64,000 bases of DNA, taken from contig JBAZXO010000001.1 in NCBI GenBank assembly GCA_041659785.1, positions 86,941 to 150,940 of the forward strand, written 5' to 3'. Position numbers and translations under genes: made by a program. Source of the stretch: Minisyncoccota bacterium. GTDB taxonomy: Bacteria > Patescibacteriota > Minisyncoccia > Phycocordibacterales > UBA9973. This document shows, piece by piece, positions 27,276-37,764 of the stretch. The notes beneath the pieces are model-generated. The model was given only the letters and a program-made list of their open reading frames with translations. It was not told the DNA's origin and did not search any database. Each line of letters opens with the position of its first letter. Positions within the stretch are counted from its first letter, which is position 1.

Positions 27276-28316
27276 TTAAATACTTTTCAAAAATCTTTTT
27301 ATTATTTCTTCTACTTGTTTAGCATTTTCGGTTTCCATTAATTTTACACGGAGTTCTTTTGCCCCCTCGAAGCCATTCACATATGCCTTGAAATGCTTTT
27401 TCATAACTGAGAAATTTTTGTGTTTAGGTTTTGAGAGTTCTTTTTCGAAAACTTCTGTATGCTCCACCATAACTTTCAACTTTTCTTCTAACGAAGGACA
27501 GACCTTCGTTTTTACGAAGGTCTGTCCTTCGTTTTCTTTGTTTTCTATTAAGAAAAACCATGGATTGCCGAAAACTCCTCTTCCTATCATCACCCCATCG
27601 CAGCCGTATTCTAACGCCTTCGCTTCTCCGTCTTCCATACTTGTGATATCTCCATTGCCGATTAGTAAAGTATCTTTGCCACTTTCTTCAATAAGCTTTT
27701 TTACTTTTTTAATATAATCCCAATGAGCAGGAACAAGAGACATCTCTTTTACAGTACGTAGATGAATCGTCAATGCAGAAATGTCCTCTTTTAATAATTC
27801 TGGTATCCATTTATCTATTTCTTCTTTATTGAAGCCGACTCGAGTCTTCACCGATACTGGTATATGCGCACGAGCAGCCTCTATGCCTGCGTGAGCTGCT
27901 TGGATAATCTTCCTCGCTAGCTCTGGAGTCCTGATAAGTGCCGATCCTGCACCTTGCGCTACGACTGATTTATCTGGACAGCCCATATTTATATCTATAC
28001 CGTCGAAGCCAAGGCTAGCGATATACTGGCAAGCCTTTTTCATATTCTCTGGATTAGCACCGAAAACTTGTGCTACGATAGGCCTCTCGTTCTCTGAAAA
28101 TACCAACATGTGGGAGAGTTTCTTCTTGGCGAGCTTATTACACAGACCATCTGCAGCCACGAACTCTGTCCAGAAGACTATCCTGTCTTTGTTTTCTCTA
28201 TTCTTACTGTATTTCGCCAAGATATGACGAAAAGCGATATCAGTGACATCCGACATGGGTGCCAAGCAAAAGAATGGTTTCTTTAATTTTCCCCAAAAAT
28301 TTATTTCATTATTCAT
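27276..28316 (-). CDS. tRNA-dihydrouridine synthase
   Basis: Dus family: CLAPMSDVTD, VAQVFG and DINMGCP motifs. Confidence 0.8.
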   Translation of the reverse strand: MNNEINFWGKLKKPFFCLAPMSDVTDIAFRHILAKYSKNRENKDRIVFWTEFVAADGLCNKLAKKKLSHMLVFSENERPIVAQVFGANPENMKKACQYIASLGFDGIDINMGCPDKSVVAQGAGSALIRTPELARKIIQAAHAGIEAARAHIPVSVKTRVGFNKEEIDKWIPELLKEDISALTIHLRTVKEMSLVPAHWDYIKKVKKLIEESGKDTLLIGNGDITSMEDGEAKALEYGCDGVMIGRGVFGNPWFFLIENKENEGQTFVKTKVCPSLEEKLKVMVEHTEVFEKELSKPKHKNFSVMKKHFKAYVNGFEGAKELRVKLMETENAKQVEEIIKRFLKSI

Positions 28317-29155
28317 TTGAATTTATCATAAACTTTATTTCCGAAACGTAAATCAATATATTCTAAAGATGAATATTTAGTACTGAACTTTGTTTTAAGT
28401 GGTTCAGCATTTAATGCAGCTTCTAGGTTCTCCGCGACGGTCTGAAAATTAGAATTTATATTGAAAATTATTTTAGGCAGAGAGGCTAACGCTGTATTCC
28501 CTTTCGACAAATATATTTCTGTATCTCCATTGTCCGCTACATAAAGTGCTACAGGTTTTATATTTAGGCTCACAAGAACATCTTTAAATAAAACTAATTG
28601 CTGAAATTTTTGTTTAGAGAAATAAGTACCATCTGTCGAGCCATAAAATTTAAAATAAACTTCTCCAGAGAAATACGGTGCTTCGTCCATGACATAACCA
28701 GTATCATCCAAGAAAAAACATGTTTCATCTGCGGTCGGTAGTGTGGCTCCACACCATGTATATTTCGCCACTCGTTCTGTCAGATCTACTTCTAATATAT
28801 GATTGTTCTTAATAGATAGGTTTATATCTTTAAGCCTTTTAAATTTATCTTGTAGAACATTTTTTATAGCACTCTGTGGGTATAAAAATATATTTGATTT
28901 AGAGAAGAGCCAGAAATATTTCCCCTGGATCTGATCTTCTACAGTGCTCTTTAACATTTCAGTATCTACGACGCTGTTGCCACTTATCTGTACTTCAGTA
29001 ATCTTTACCTTATTGAGGTTCGACAGATAAGCAGCTAAGAAAAAAACAACAAAAAATCCCAACAAAGAGAATAAAATTTTATTTAAAATAGCCCTACGTC
29101 TTTCCTTTTTTAACTCCAAAAGACGCGGAGAATTTAAAACATTTCTTTTCTGCAT
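28313..29155 (-). CDS. FtsQ/DivIB-like cell division protein (TM helix + POTRA)
   Basis: Basic N-terminus, a single TM helix, then a POTRA-like KITEVQISGNSVV...LEVDLTER. Confidence 0.5.
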   Translation of the reverse strand: MQKRNVLNSPRLLELKKERRRAILNKILFSLLGFFVVFFLAAYLSNLNKVKITEVQISGNSVVDTEMLKSTVEDQIQGKYFWLFSKSNIFLYPQSAIKNVLQDKFKRLKDINLSIKNNHILEVDLTERVAKYTWCGATLPTADETCFFLDDTGYVMDEAPYFSGEVYFKFYGSTDGTYFSKQKFQQLVLFKDVLVSLNIKPVALYVADNGDTEIYLSKGNTALASLPKIIFNINSNFQTVAENLEAALNAEPLKTKFSTKYSSLEYIDLRFGNKVYDKFK

Positions 29156-29185
29156 TCTTTTTACTTTATAAACTTTATAAACTTT

Positions 29186-30496
29186 TTACTTTATGAACTC
29201 TTTTCCGCCCATGTATTTACGTAGAACTTCTGGAATCTTTACTGAACCATCAGCTTGCTGGTAGTTTTCAATAATTGCGATCAATGTACGGCCAAGAGCA
29301 ATAACAGTAGCATCATTCATATGAACGTGCTCTATTTTTCCATCACTTCTGCGTACTCTAGTATTTAAACGACGAGACTGGAAACCTCCAGTAGAATCTG
29401 AGCTATGAGTTTCTCTATATTTGTTTTGCCCTGGCATCCAAGTCTCAATATCTATCTGCCTACTATCTGGAAAGCCCATATCTCCAGTACACACAGCCAC
29501 GACTTGATAAGGTAACTTTAAAGTTTGTAAAACGTATTCCTGAATTGCTACTAGAAAATTTTGTTCTTGCATAGAATTTTCTGGCAATGAAAAAACTTCC
29601 ATCTCTAGTTTATCAAATTGATGCTGACGCAAAATTCCATTTGTATCTTTTCCTGCTGCTCCTGCTTCTCGTCTGAAAGCAGTTGAATATCCAGCATATC
29701 GCACTGGTAATTCCTTTTCTTCAAAAATTTTATTCATGTGCATTGATCCGAGGGTATGCTCTGCGCTCCCGATCAACATCAAATCATCATTGGGAAATAA
29801 ATAATGTTCTTCGGGTGTCATGTATCGTGCCATTTTCATCTGTACAAGTGGTCGGATAAAAACTGGCGGTATGACTGGTAGAAATTTCGAAGGGTTTATG
29901 GATACTTTTGCTTCTTCTGCAATTTTCTTTAATGTTTCTTCATTTGTTAAAATATCTAAACACATTTGGATTAAACCAAATTGCATGATGACTAAGTCAC
30001 CTTTTAAATATGCGTACCTTGAACCCGAAACTTCTCCTGCTGTTTCGGTATCTATTATTCCTAATGCTTTTCCAATTTCGTAGTGTTCTTTAGGTGTGAA
30101 AGAAAATTGTGGTTTTTCTCCCCAATTTCTTATTACTTGGTTTCCACTTTCATCAGGACCAACTGGTGTATCGACAGAAGGAATATTCGGTATTTTCAGC
30201 ATTATTTTCTGCCATTCTTCTATTATATTTTTTAATTTCTCCTCTTTTGCTTTAATATCATCCTTTACGATGCGCATCTCTTCAATGAGTTGAATCTTGA
30301 GTGCAGAATCTTGGTTGCGAGCGATGTCATTTGATACCCTATTAACCTCACTGCGAAGTTCTTCCACTTCTTTGAGTTCTTTTAAGCGTGCATCATCGAG
30401 CGTAATCAACTGCTCGATGTCTATATCTATGTGCTTTTTCTTCGCACCAGCCTGCACAATGTCTTTGTTTTCACGAATAAATTTGATATCTAACAT
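29186..30496 (-). CDS. serS: seryl-tRNA synthetase
   Basis: MLDIKFIREN... coiled-coil N-domain and class II core motifs. Confidence 0.9.
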   Translation of the reverse strand: MLDIKFIRENKDIVQAGAKKKHIDIDIEQLITLDDARLKELKEVEELRSEVNRVSNDIARNQDSALKIQLIEEMRIVKDDIKAKEEKLKNIIEEWQKIMLKIPNIPSVDTPVGPDESGNQVIRNWGEKPQFSFTPKEHYEIGKALGIIDTETAGEVSGSRYAYLKGDLVIMQFGLIQMCLDILTNEETLKKIAEEAKVSINPSKFLPVIPPVFIRPLVQMKMARYMTPEEHYLFPNDDLMLIGSAEHTLGSMHMNKIFEEKELPVRYAGYSTAFRREAGAAGKDTNGILRQHQFDKLEMEVFSLPENSMQEQNFLVAIQEYVLQTLKLPYQVVAVCTGDMGFPDSRQIDIETWMPGQNKYRETHSSDSTGGFQSRRLNTRVRRSDGKIEHVHMNDATVIALGRTLIAIIENYQQADGSVKIPEVLRKYMGGKEFIK

Positions 30497-30567
30497 ATAT
30501 AGAGTATATAATATAATTCGTATCTTGAAAAGCAGAATATATCTTTTTCTGCTTTTTTAGTTAATTT

Positions 30568-31428
30568 ATGAAAATTCAAAAACTTCCGAAAAATAATTTT
30601 CCGAAAGCATTATTAGAAATTCCCCAACCACCGAAAGATCTATGGACTATGGGTGAATTGCCACCCGAAAATTTAGTTTACCTTTGCGTTGTTGGTTCAA
30701 GAAAATTTACTTCATATGGCCGCGATGCTTGTGAAAAGATAATAGGAGGACTTAAAGGTTATCCAATAGTAATAGTTTCTGGACTTGCTATGGGCATCGA
30801 TGCTATCGCTCACAAGAAAGCATTGTCTGTGGGACTGCGAGCTTTAGTATTTCCTGGCTCAGGATTATCACCAGAAGCAATGTATCCAAAAACGAATGTA
30901 AAATTAGCAGAAGAGATTTTTGAAAATGGAGGATGTTTTATCTCAGAGTTTGAGCCTGATTTCAAGGCAACGTTGTGGAGCTTCGGAAGAAGAAATAGGC
31001 TCATGGCAGGAATATCTAAAGCTACTCTTATTATAGAAGCCGAGGAAAGGTCTGGTACACTCATAACAGCCAGACTTGCCACAGAATACAATAGAGATGT
31101 ATTAGTTGTACCCGGATCAATTTTCTCTCCAAATTCCAAAGGGGTAAATAAATTATTACATCAGGGGGCTACGCCCGTTACTTGCAGTGAAGAAGTGTTA
31201 GAAGCACTTGGCTTCGAACTTCCAAAGAATAAAGAAAAACAAGCTAAACTCTTTTCAGATTTACTTCCTGAAGAAAAAATGGTTACTGTAATACTGCGTG
31301 AACCTGTCCCTCGTGATGAACTAATCCGTGCGATGAAAATGCCCACACCGACAGCAAATGCACTCCTCTCTGCTATGGAAATAAAGGGACTCATAAAAGA
31401 AGAAATGGGTGAAATTAAGTTGACTTAA
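30568..31428 (+). CDS. dprA: DNA processing protein DprA/Smf
   Basis: GSRKFTSYGRDA, SGLAMGIDAIAH and GTLITARLA. Confidence 0.85.
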   Translation: MKIQKLPKNNFPKALLEIPQPPKDLWTMGELPPENLVYLCVVGSRKFTSYGRDACEKIIGGLKGYPIVIVSGLAMGIDAIAHKKALSVGLRALVFPGSGLSPEAMYPKTNVKLAEEIFENGGCFISEFEPDFKATLWSFGRRNRLMAGISKATLIIEAEERSGTLITARLATEYNRDVLVVPGSIFSPNSKGVNKLLHQGATPVTCSEEVLEALGFELPKNKEKQAKLFSDLLPEEKMVTVILREPVPRDELIRAMKMPTPTANALLSAMEIKGLIKEEMGEIKLT

Positions 31429-31469
31429 ATTTGCGTTTAAAAACATTTTCGTGTAATACTTGCTAAACA

Positions 31470-33707
31470 ATGAAATTATTAATTGTCGAATCACCATCGA
31501 AAGCGAAGACTATTGAGAAATATCTCGAAGGCGCTTCCTCCTCTCCGGCGGATAAATTTACTGTGCGCGCATCTGTCGGACACATTCGTGATTTACCAAA
31601 ATCAAATAAACAAGCTATCGACATAGACGGTGGATTCATTCCGCATTATGAAATTTCAAAAGGTAAAGAAAAGATTGTTCACGAACTCCAAGGACTCGCA
31701 GAAAAAGCAACGGAAGTATTACTCGCTACAGACCCTGACCGTGAAGGAGAAGCTATCGCTTGGCACATAGAGACATTACTTAAACAAGATAAGAAAGTTA
31801 AGGCGCCTATATCAAGAGTAACTTTTCACGAGATTACGAAAGAAGCCGTCGAAGAAGCAATCAAGGCTCCAAGGAAAATTGATACAGATTTACGTAAAGC
31901 TCAAGAAGCACGTAGAGTGCTAGATAGACTCGTCGGATACGATTTGAGTGGACTTATATGGAAAAAGGTTCGATACGGACTTTCTGCAGGCCGAGTTCAA
32001 TCCCCTGCACTTCGTATAATAATGGAACGTGAAAGAGAAATTCGTGCTTTTGTGCCTGAAAAATTTTGGAAAATATTAGGACTTTTCGAAACATCAAAGA
32101 AAGATAAAATCACACTCACTTGTTCCGAAGAGCCACGAGAAGAAAAGTTATTTGAGAAAATAATGACCGAGGGCAAAAAAGGTTCTTGGATAGTTAAAGG
32201 AGTAAAAGAGTCCGAACAAAAGAGGTCTCCTCGTGCACCATTTACTACCTCTACTCTCCAACAAACAGCCTCTTCACGACTTGGATATTCTCCTTCACGC
32301 ACGATGCAGATAGCTCAGAAGCTCTACGAGGCTGGACACATCACATATATGAGAACAGACAGTACAAATTTGTCAGCTGTTGCAGTATCTCAGATTTTAG
32401 CATTCGTAAAAAAAGAATACGGAGAAAATTATGCTGAAGCTAGAATTTATAAAACTAAATCAAAAAATGCTCAAGAAGCACATGAAGCTATCCGCCCTAC
32501 ACATATAGAAAAGCTGCAAGCTGGCACAGATGACCAAAGCAAACTCTATAGACTCATCTGGGAACGAGCTATCTCTTCACAAATGACAGAAGCGAAATTA
32601 CTTAAGACGAAAATCACTGCAATAGTAGAGGGCCATGATGATATACCAGAATTCGGAGCAGTCGGATCTCGATTACTTTTCCCAGGATGGCTCGCTGTAG
32701 ATACTGGAGCACGAGGCGAAGACGTAGAACTTCCTTTATGTGAAGAAGGAGAAAAATTAAAATTACTTGGCTTAAGCGGAGAAGAAAAGTATACCGAGCC
32801 TCTAGGAAGATATTCTGAAGCAGGACTCATTAAAGAACTCGAAGCACGAGGCATCGGCCGACCTTCTACTTATGCTTCTATTATGCGAACGATAGAAGAC
32901 CGAGGTTATGTACGAAAAGAAGGTAAAACTCTCTTCCCTACTGATGTCGGTGAAGTCGTGTCTGATTTCTTAGAAGCACATTTTGCAAATTATATTTCAG
33001 ATACATTTACTGCTGAGATGGAAGATGAGCTCGATGAAATATCTCGTGGTGAGCGTGAGTATGAGAAAACATTGAAAGATTTCTATATACCATTTCTCAA
33101 AGAAATAAAAATTAAAGAAAAATTAGAAAAAGCTACAAACCTAGGTGATGCACCAGAAAATATAAAATGCCCTAAATGTGGTAGCTCGATGATCATCAAG
33201 CTTTCTCGAGGAGGTAAATTTTATTCTTGTTCTAAGTATCCAGAATGTGATGGAGCACTGATGCTCGACGGCACAGAATTAAAAGGTCCTGAAGAAACAG
33301 GAGAAATGTGTCCACTCTGTGGCGAGAAAAAAGGTAAATCCGGTGGTGGTAAGCTCGTCATCAAAGAAAGACGCGACGGTACAGGTACATTTATTTCTTG
33401 TTCACGTTATCCTAAGTGTAAATTTATTAAAAAAGACGAAGCCGAAGAAGCCAGAAAACGCACTGGAGTGATGTGTCCAGTTTGTAAAACAGGAGACATA
33501 TCCGAGAGACGTGGAAGATTCGGAATATTTTATTCTTGTTCAAATTATCCTGATTGTAAATTTGCTATTAAAGCAAAACCCACTGGAAATATATGTAAGG
33601 AGTGCGGCAGTCTAATGATGGAAGGTACGAAAACTATCCCTGAACGTTGTTCAAACAAAGCTTGCAAGATGCATAATCCTCATAAAATACCTAAAATAGA
33701 AGCCTAA
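31470..33707 (+). CDS. topA: DNA topoisomerase I with C-terminal zinc ribbons
   Basis: MKLLIVESPSKAKTIEKYLG Toprim start, active-site region, and several CxxC...CxxC zinc ribbons. Confidence 0.9.
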   Translation: MKLLIVESPSKAKTIEKYLEGASSSPADKFTVRASVGHIRDLPKSNKQAIDIDGGFIPHYEISKGKEKIVHELQGLAEKATEVLLATDPDREGEAIAWHIETLLKQDKKVKAPISRVTFHEITKEAVEEAIKAPRKIDTDLRKAQEARRVLDRLVGYDLSGLIWKKVRYGLSAGRVQSPALRIIMEREREIRAFVPEKFWKILGLFETSKKDKITLTCSEEPREEKLFEKIMTEGKKGSWIVKGVKESEQKRSPRAPFTTSTLQQTASSRLGYSPSRTMQIAQKLYEAGHITYMRTDSTNLSAVAVSQILAFVKKEYGENYAEARIYKTKSKNAQEAHEAIRPTHIEKLQAGTDDQSKLYRLIWERAISSQMTEAKLLKTKITAIVEGHDDIPEFGAVGSRLLFPGWLAVDTGARGEDVELPLCEEGEKLKLLGLSGEEKYTEPLGRYSEAGLIKELEARGIGRPSTYASIMRTIEDRGYVRKEGKTLFPTDVGEVVSDFLEAHFANYISDTFTAEMEDELDEISRGEREYEKTLKDFYIPFLKEIKIKEKLEKATNLGDAPENIKCPKCGSSMIIKLSRGGKFYSCSKYPECDGALMLDGTELKGPEETGEMCPLCGEKKGKSGGGKLVIKERRDGTGTFISCSRYPKCKFIKKDEAEEARKRTGVMCPVCKTGDISERRGRFGIFYSCSNYPDCKFAIKAKPTGNICKECGSLMMEGTKTIPERCSNKACKMHNPHKIPKIEA

Positions 33708-33726
33708 AATAGGATTTTTAGAAGCC

Positions 33727-35220
33727 TTGCACCCGTGCTATAATCCCAGCATGGCAGATGTAAAGGAGTTAATAGCACTTATCGGCCCCGGAATAAGTAA
33801 GAAAGAAGAAGAACTTATAGAAAAAGCTTATAAGTTTGCTGAAAAAGCGCATTCTACACAAAAAAGATTGAGCGGTGAACCATATTTCATTCACGTTTTC
33901 GAAACTGCAAAGAATTTAGCAAACCTCGGTATGGATACACCGACCATTGTCGCAGGATTACTCCACGATGTATTAGAAGACACTCCTACACCAGAAGAAG
34001 TAATCAAAAAAGAATTCGGTGATGATATTTTGTTTTTAATAAAAGGTGTCACTAAACTTGGAACCTTAAAATATCGTGGACACGAGAGACATGTAGAATC
34101 TTTGCGTAAATTTTTCGTTGCGATGGCAAATGACTTGCGGGTAGTCATCATAAAATTTGCTGACAGACTTCATAATCTAAAAACTTTACAATATGTACCC
34201 GAAGAAAAAAGACAACGCATAGCCATAGAGTCTATCGAAGTATACGCTCCCCTTGCGAACCGCCTCGGAATGGGAAAGCTCAAAGGTGAGATCGAGGATG
34301 CTGCTTTTCCGTATGCTTACCCTAAAGAATACGCTCAAGTAGAAGAAATAATTAAAGAGAAACAAGAATCATATCAAAAAAATCTTAAAGAAGTTCATGA
34401 AGAGCTCGTAAAAGAATTAAAGAAAAATAAAGTAAAGTTTATTGAAATTGACTACCGAATGAAACATAAATACAGTCTTTACAAAAAACTTGTAAAGTAT
34501 GATTTCGATTTAGAAAAAATACACGACATCGTTGCTCTTCGTGTCGTTGTTAACACGCTAGAAGAATGTTACCAGGTATTGGGCCTAGTTCACTCTATCT
34601 GGAATCCACTTCCTGGTAGAATAAAAGATTACATCGCACTACCAAAGCCGAACGGTTATCGTTCTATTCATACCACTATCTTTACTGGACTCGGAGGAAT
34701 TGCAGAAATTCAGATAAGAACGAAGGACATGCATGCTGAGGCTGCTTATGGTATCGCTGCACACTTCGCTTATAAAGAACAAGGTGTAAAAAAAGTTAAA
34801 GGTGACAAGGATAAATTTAAATGGATTGAAGAATTAAAAGAATTAAATTACAACCCAGATGATCCTAAGAATTTTATTGATCACCTCAAGATGGACTTTT
34901 TCAATGACCGTATTTTCGTCTTTACCCCAGAGGGAGACGTCGTGGACTTACCAGAGGACTCAACTCCGATAGATTTCGCTTACTCTATTCATACAGACAT
35001 TGGAGATCATATATTTGGAGCTAAAATAAACAGAAAAATGTCTCAAATTTTTACCAAATTAAAAAATGGAGACATCGTAGAGATATCAACTAGAAAAGAT
35101 TCTAAACCATCTGGTAAGTGGCTTGAGTTTGTCAAAACAACTGTCGCAAAAAAACACATAAAATCATATCTAGAAAAAAACAGCTTGCTCTCGAAGCTTA
35201 TGTCTTTCGGACGTAATTAA
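33727..35220 (+). CDS. (p)ppGpp synthetase/hydrolase Rel/SpoT homologue: HD + synthetase + TGS, no ACT domain
   Basis: HDVLEDT hydrolase motif, synthetase motifs (DIVALRVV, YRSIHTTI) and TGS (FVFTPEGDVVDLP). The true start is probably the internal Met at 33751. Confidence 0.85.
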   Translation: MHPCYNPSMADVKELIALIGPGISKKEEELIEKAYKFAEKAHSTQKRLSGEPYFIHVFETAKNLANLGMDTPTIVAGLLHDVLEDTPTPEEVIKKEFGDDILFLIKGVTKLGTLKYRGHERHVESLRKFFVAMANDLRVVIIKFADRLHNLKTLQYVPEEKRQRIAIESIEVYAPLANRLGMGKLKGEIEDAAFPYAYPKEYAQVEEIIKEKQESYQKNLKEVHEELVKELKKNKVKFIEIDYRMKHKYSLYKKLVKYDFDLEKIHDIVALRVVVNTLEECYQVLGLVHSIWNPLPGRIKDYIALPKPNGYRSIHTTIFTGLGGIAEIQIRTKDMHAEAAYGIAAHFAYKEQGVKKVKGDKDKFKWIEELKELNYNPDDPKNFIDHLKMDFFNDRIFVFTPEGDVVDLPEDSTPIDFAYSIHTDIGDHIFGAKINRKMSQIFTKLKNGDIVEISTRKDSKPSGKWLEFVKTTVAKKHIKSYLEKNSLLSKLMSFGRN

Positions 35221-35230
35221 ATTTGTGTGA

Positions 35231-36259
35231 TTAAACGCTAAATTTAGAAATATTGTACAAATCAGTATCATCTTTTTCTGTTTCTTCTTTTGTTCTGTCG
35301 TCGAGAGGAGCTTCTTCTGCTATAGCTACTTCTTCTGTCGGACGTTGGGCGTCCGAATTTTCTTCAGGTGTTTTTGTTATAGTATTTTGCGCAATATAAT
35401 TCTCCATCATTTCCGTTGGATTTTTTTGTATCTCTCCCTTATGAATTAGGTCTAGAATTGTACGCAAGTCTTCAGTAGAAAAGAAATCGATTTTAATTTG
35501 TCCACCGAGCTCTTTCCTATCTATATGTACGCGAGTGCCGAGCTTTTCTTGGAATTCTTCTTCGAGCTCAGATATCTCTGGATCAGGCATAAATTCTTTC
35601 TTACGGACACGGTCATAAGCAATCTTACGAGCTAATCTTTCTGCTTCACGAACGGTTATCTTTTTATATACAATTTCTTTAAATAAAACTAATTGCTCTT
35701 CTGGATGATCTGCGAGCATTAATATTGGTCTGGTGTGCCCCTCTGTAATCTTGCCTTCTGATAGAGCATTCAAAATTTCTTCAGGTAAGGTTAAAATACG
35801 TAAAGAGTTGGATACGTATTCCCTGCTTCTGCCCATTTTTTTGGCAATTTCGGCATGAGTAAATTTAAATTCGCTGACTAATCGAAGGAAAGCTCGTGCG
35901 CGATCGACAGCATTTAAGTCTTCGCGTTGTAAGTTTTCAATAATTGCAAGCTCAAGCTTCATTATCGCTGTGTCTCCTGTGCGAATGACCACAGGTACTT
36001 GTGAGACTTGAGCTAATTTTGCTGCACGAAGTCTGCGTTCTCCTGCAATCAATTCATATTCTGTAACAAGTCCACCTCCACCTTCTTTCTCGAGCTCTAC
36101 ACGAGAGACGATAAGTGGCTGAAGGACTCCGTATTGTTTTATTGAGTCAGCTAAATCTTGAAGTCTGGCTTCATCGAAATCTCGCCTTGGCTGAAAGGGG
36201 TTTGGTTTTATTTTATCGGTGTCAATCCAGAAAATTGAATTGGAATATAAATTAGACAT
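35231..36259 (-). CDS. parB: chromosome partitioning protein ParB/Spo0J
   Basis: ParB N-domain with GERRLRAAKLA and IIENLQREDLN, plus an HTH. Confidence 0.85.
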   Translation of the reverse strand: MSNLYSNSIFWIDTDKIKPNPFQPRRDFDEARLQDLADSIKQYGVLQPLIVSRVELEKEGGGGLVTEYELIAGERRLRAAKLAQVSQVPVVIRTGDTAIMKLELAIIENLQREDLNAVDRARAFLRLVSEFKFTHAEIAKKMGRSREYVSNSLRILTLPEEILNALSEGKITEGHTRPILMLADHPEEQLVLFKEIVYKKITVREAERLARKIAYDRVRKKEFMPDPEISELEEEFQEKLGTRVHIDRKELGGQIKIDFFSTEDLRTILDLIHKGEIQKNPTEMMENYIAQNTITKTPEENSDAQRPTEEVAIAEEAPLDDRTKEETEKDDTDLYNISKFSV

Positions 36260-36294
36260 GGATTGATTCTAGCATATTTTTTTTAAAAATATAA

Positions 36295-36323
36295 TTGATT
36301 TTATGCTGAATATGAAGTAAAAT
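36295..36323 (+). promoter_or_regulatory. putative sigma70-like promoter for tRNA-Leu/murA (TTGATT, 17 bp spacer, TAAAAT)
   Basis: -35 at 36295-36300 and -10 at 36318-36323, about 20 nt upstream of the tRNA 5' end. Confidence 0.4.
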
Positions 36324-36342
36324 GTTGAAACGGTGTGGATAA

Positions 36343-36426
36343 GCCCGGGTGGCGGAATTGGTAGACGCGATAGACTCAAAATCTATTGTTGGCAACAACA
36401 TGAGAGTTCGATTCTCTCCCCGGGCA
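36343..36426 (+). tRNA. tRNA-Leu (anticodon CAA), long variable arm
   Basis: Acceptor GCCCGGG/CCCGGGC, anticodon loop CTCAAAA, long variable arm and T-arm GAGAG TTCGATT CTCTC. CCA is not encoded. Confidence 0.85.
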
Positions 36427-36432
36427 CATTTT

Positions 36433-37764
36433 ATGAAAAATAAAAAAGCACAATTAAGTAATTCGATTGATTTCCAAGTAAATGGTGGGAAGAAATTGAG
36501 CGGGAGTATTAAAACAAACTTTTCTAAAAATGGTTCTGTCGGACTTTTGTGTGCTTCACTTTTAAACAAGGGCACGACTACCCTACACGGTATTGCAAGA
36601 ATCGAAGAAGTAAATAGAGTTATTGAAATTTTAGAAAGCATCGGAGTGAAGGTTAAATGGAGTGACAAAAATACAGTTATAATTACTCCGCCCAAGAAAT
36701 TTAATTTAAAAAATATAAATGTTGAGTCAGCTATTAGGACTCGCTCTGTCGTAATGTTGATAGGGCCCTTGGTTCACTACCTTTCTTCTTTTTCTCTACC
36801 TCACGCGCAGGGATGCAATCTAGGTAAACGTACAATCGCTGCGCATATTTATGCTTTAGAAGAATTCGGTATAAAAATAAAAACTACCTCAATAGATTAT
36901 GAAATTACTGCCAAGAAATTAAAGCCAACAGAGATAGTAATGTATGAAACTGGAGAAACTGCTTGTGAGAACACTCTGTTCGCTGCAGCCTTGATCGATG
37001 GGGCTACCACCATAAGCTTCATGAGTAATAATTATATGGTTCAAGAAATTTGTTTCTTCCTTGAGACTCTCGGAGTAAAAATCGATGGCGTTGGAACTTC
37101 TACTCTAGTCGTTCATGGAGTTAAAGAAATAAACAAAAATGTTGAATATTGGAATAGTGAAGACCCCATAGAATCTATGATGTTTATTTCGGCTTGTATT
37201 GTTACAGACTCAAAACTCACCATAACCAGATGTCCAATCGACTTCCTTTCCCTAGAACTTGAAAAATTACGCAGGATGCATTTAAAATTTAAGATCTTAA
37301 AGAGATATTATTCTTACAACGGCCGTACGAAGCTCGCTGATATAGAAATTTTCCCAAGTAAATTGATAGCACTTCAAGATAAAATACACGCCAATATTTA
37401 CCCTGGAATCAATATCGACAATCTTCCATTTTTCGTACCTATCGCAATAAAAGCAAAAGGTCAGACAATGATTCATGACTGGTTCTATGAAGTACGAATG
37501 ATATATATGACAGAATTGAATCGCCTTGGTGCAAACATAAACCTCACAGATCCGCATCGCCTCTATATCCAAGGTGGCACACCATTAAAAGCCGCTCAGG
37601 TTGTCTGTCCTCCAGCACTTCGTCCGTCGATGGTTATCCTCATTTCAATGCTCGGAGCTCCTGGAACTTCAATCCTTAGAAATGTCTATATGATAAATCG
37701 TGGCTATGAAGAAATAGCAAAACGTCTAAACTCTATTGGTGCAGATATTAAAATACTAAAGTAA
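36433..37764 (+). CDS. murA: UDP-N-acetylglucosamine 1-carboxyvinyltransferase
   Basis: The C-terminus INRGYEEIAKRLNSIGADIKIL matches the MurA end ([22 protein letters not shown]). The start was moved to MKNKK, since the ORF-track start overlaps the tRNA. Confidence 0.85.
   Translation: MKNKKAQLSNSIDFQVNGGKKLSGSIKTNFSKNGSVGLLCASLLNKGTTTLHGIARIEEVNRVIEILESIGVKVKWSDKNTVIITPPKKFNLKNINVESAIRTRSVVMLIGPLVHYLSSFSLPHAQGCNLGKRTIAAHIYALEEFGIKIKTTSIDYEITAKKLKPTEIVMYETGETACENTLFAAALIDGATTISFMSNNYMVQEICFFLETLGVKIDGVGTSTLVVHGVKEINKNVEYWNSEDPIESMMFISACIVTDSKLTITRCPIDFLSLELEKLRRMHLKFKILKRYYSYNGRTKLADIEIFPSKLIALQDKIHANIYPGINIDNLPFFVPIAIKAKGQTMIHDWFYEVRMIYMTELNRLGANINLTDPHRLYIQGGTPLKAAQVVCPPALRPSMVILISMLGAPGTSILRNVYMINRGYEEIAKRLNSIGADIKILK

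Noticed and set aside
36349-36432. ORF-track N-terminal extension of murA (MAELVDAIDSKS...)
   Set aside because: It is encoded by the tRNA-Leu sequence itself. The true start is at MKNKK (36433).
36252-36695. 147-aa minus-strand ORF from the track
   Set aside because: It overlaps tRNA-Leu and the murA N-terminus on the opposite strand. It has no RBS or motif, so it is an antisense artefact.
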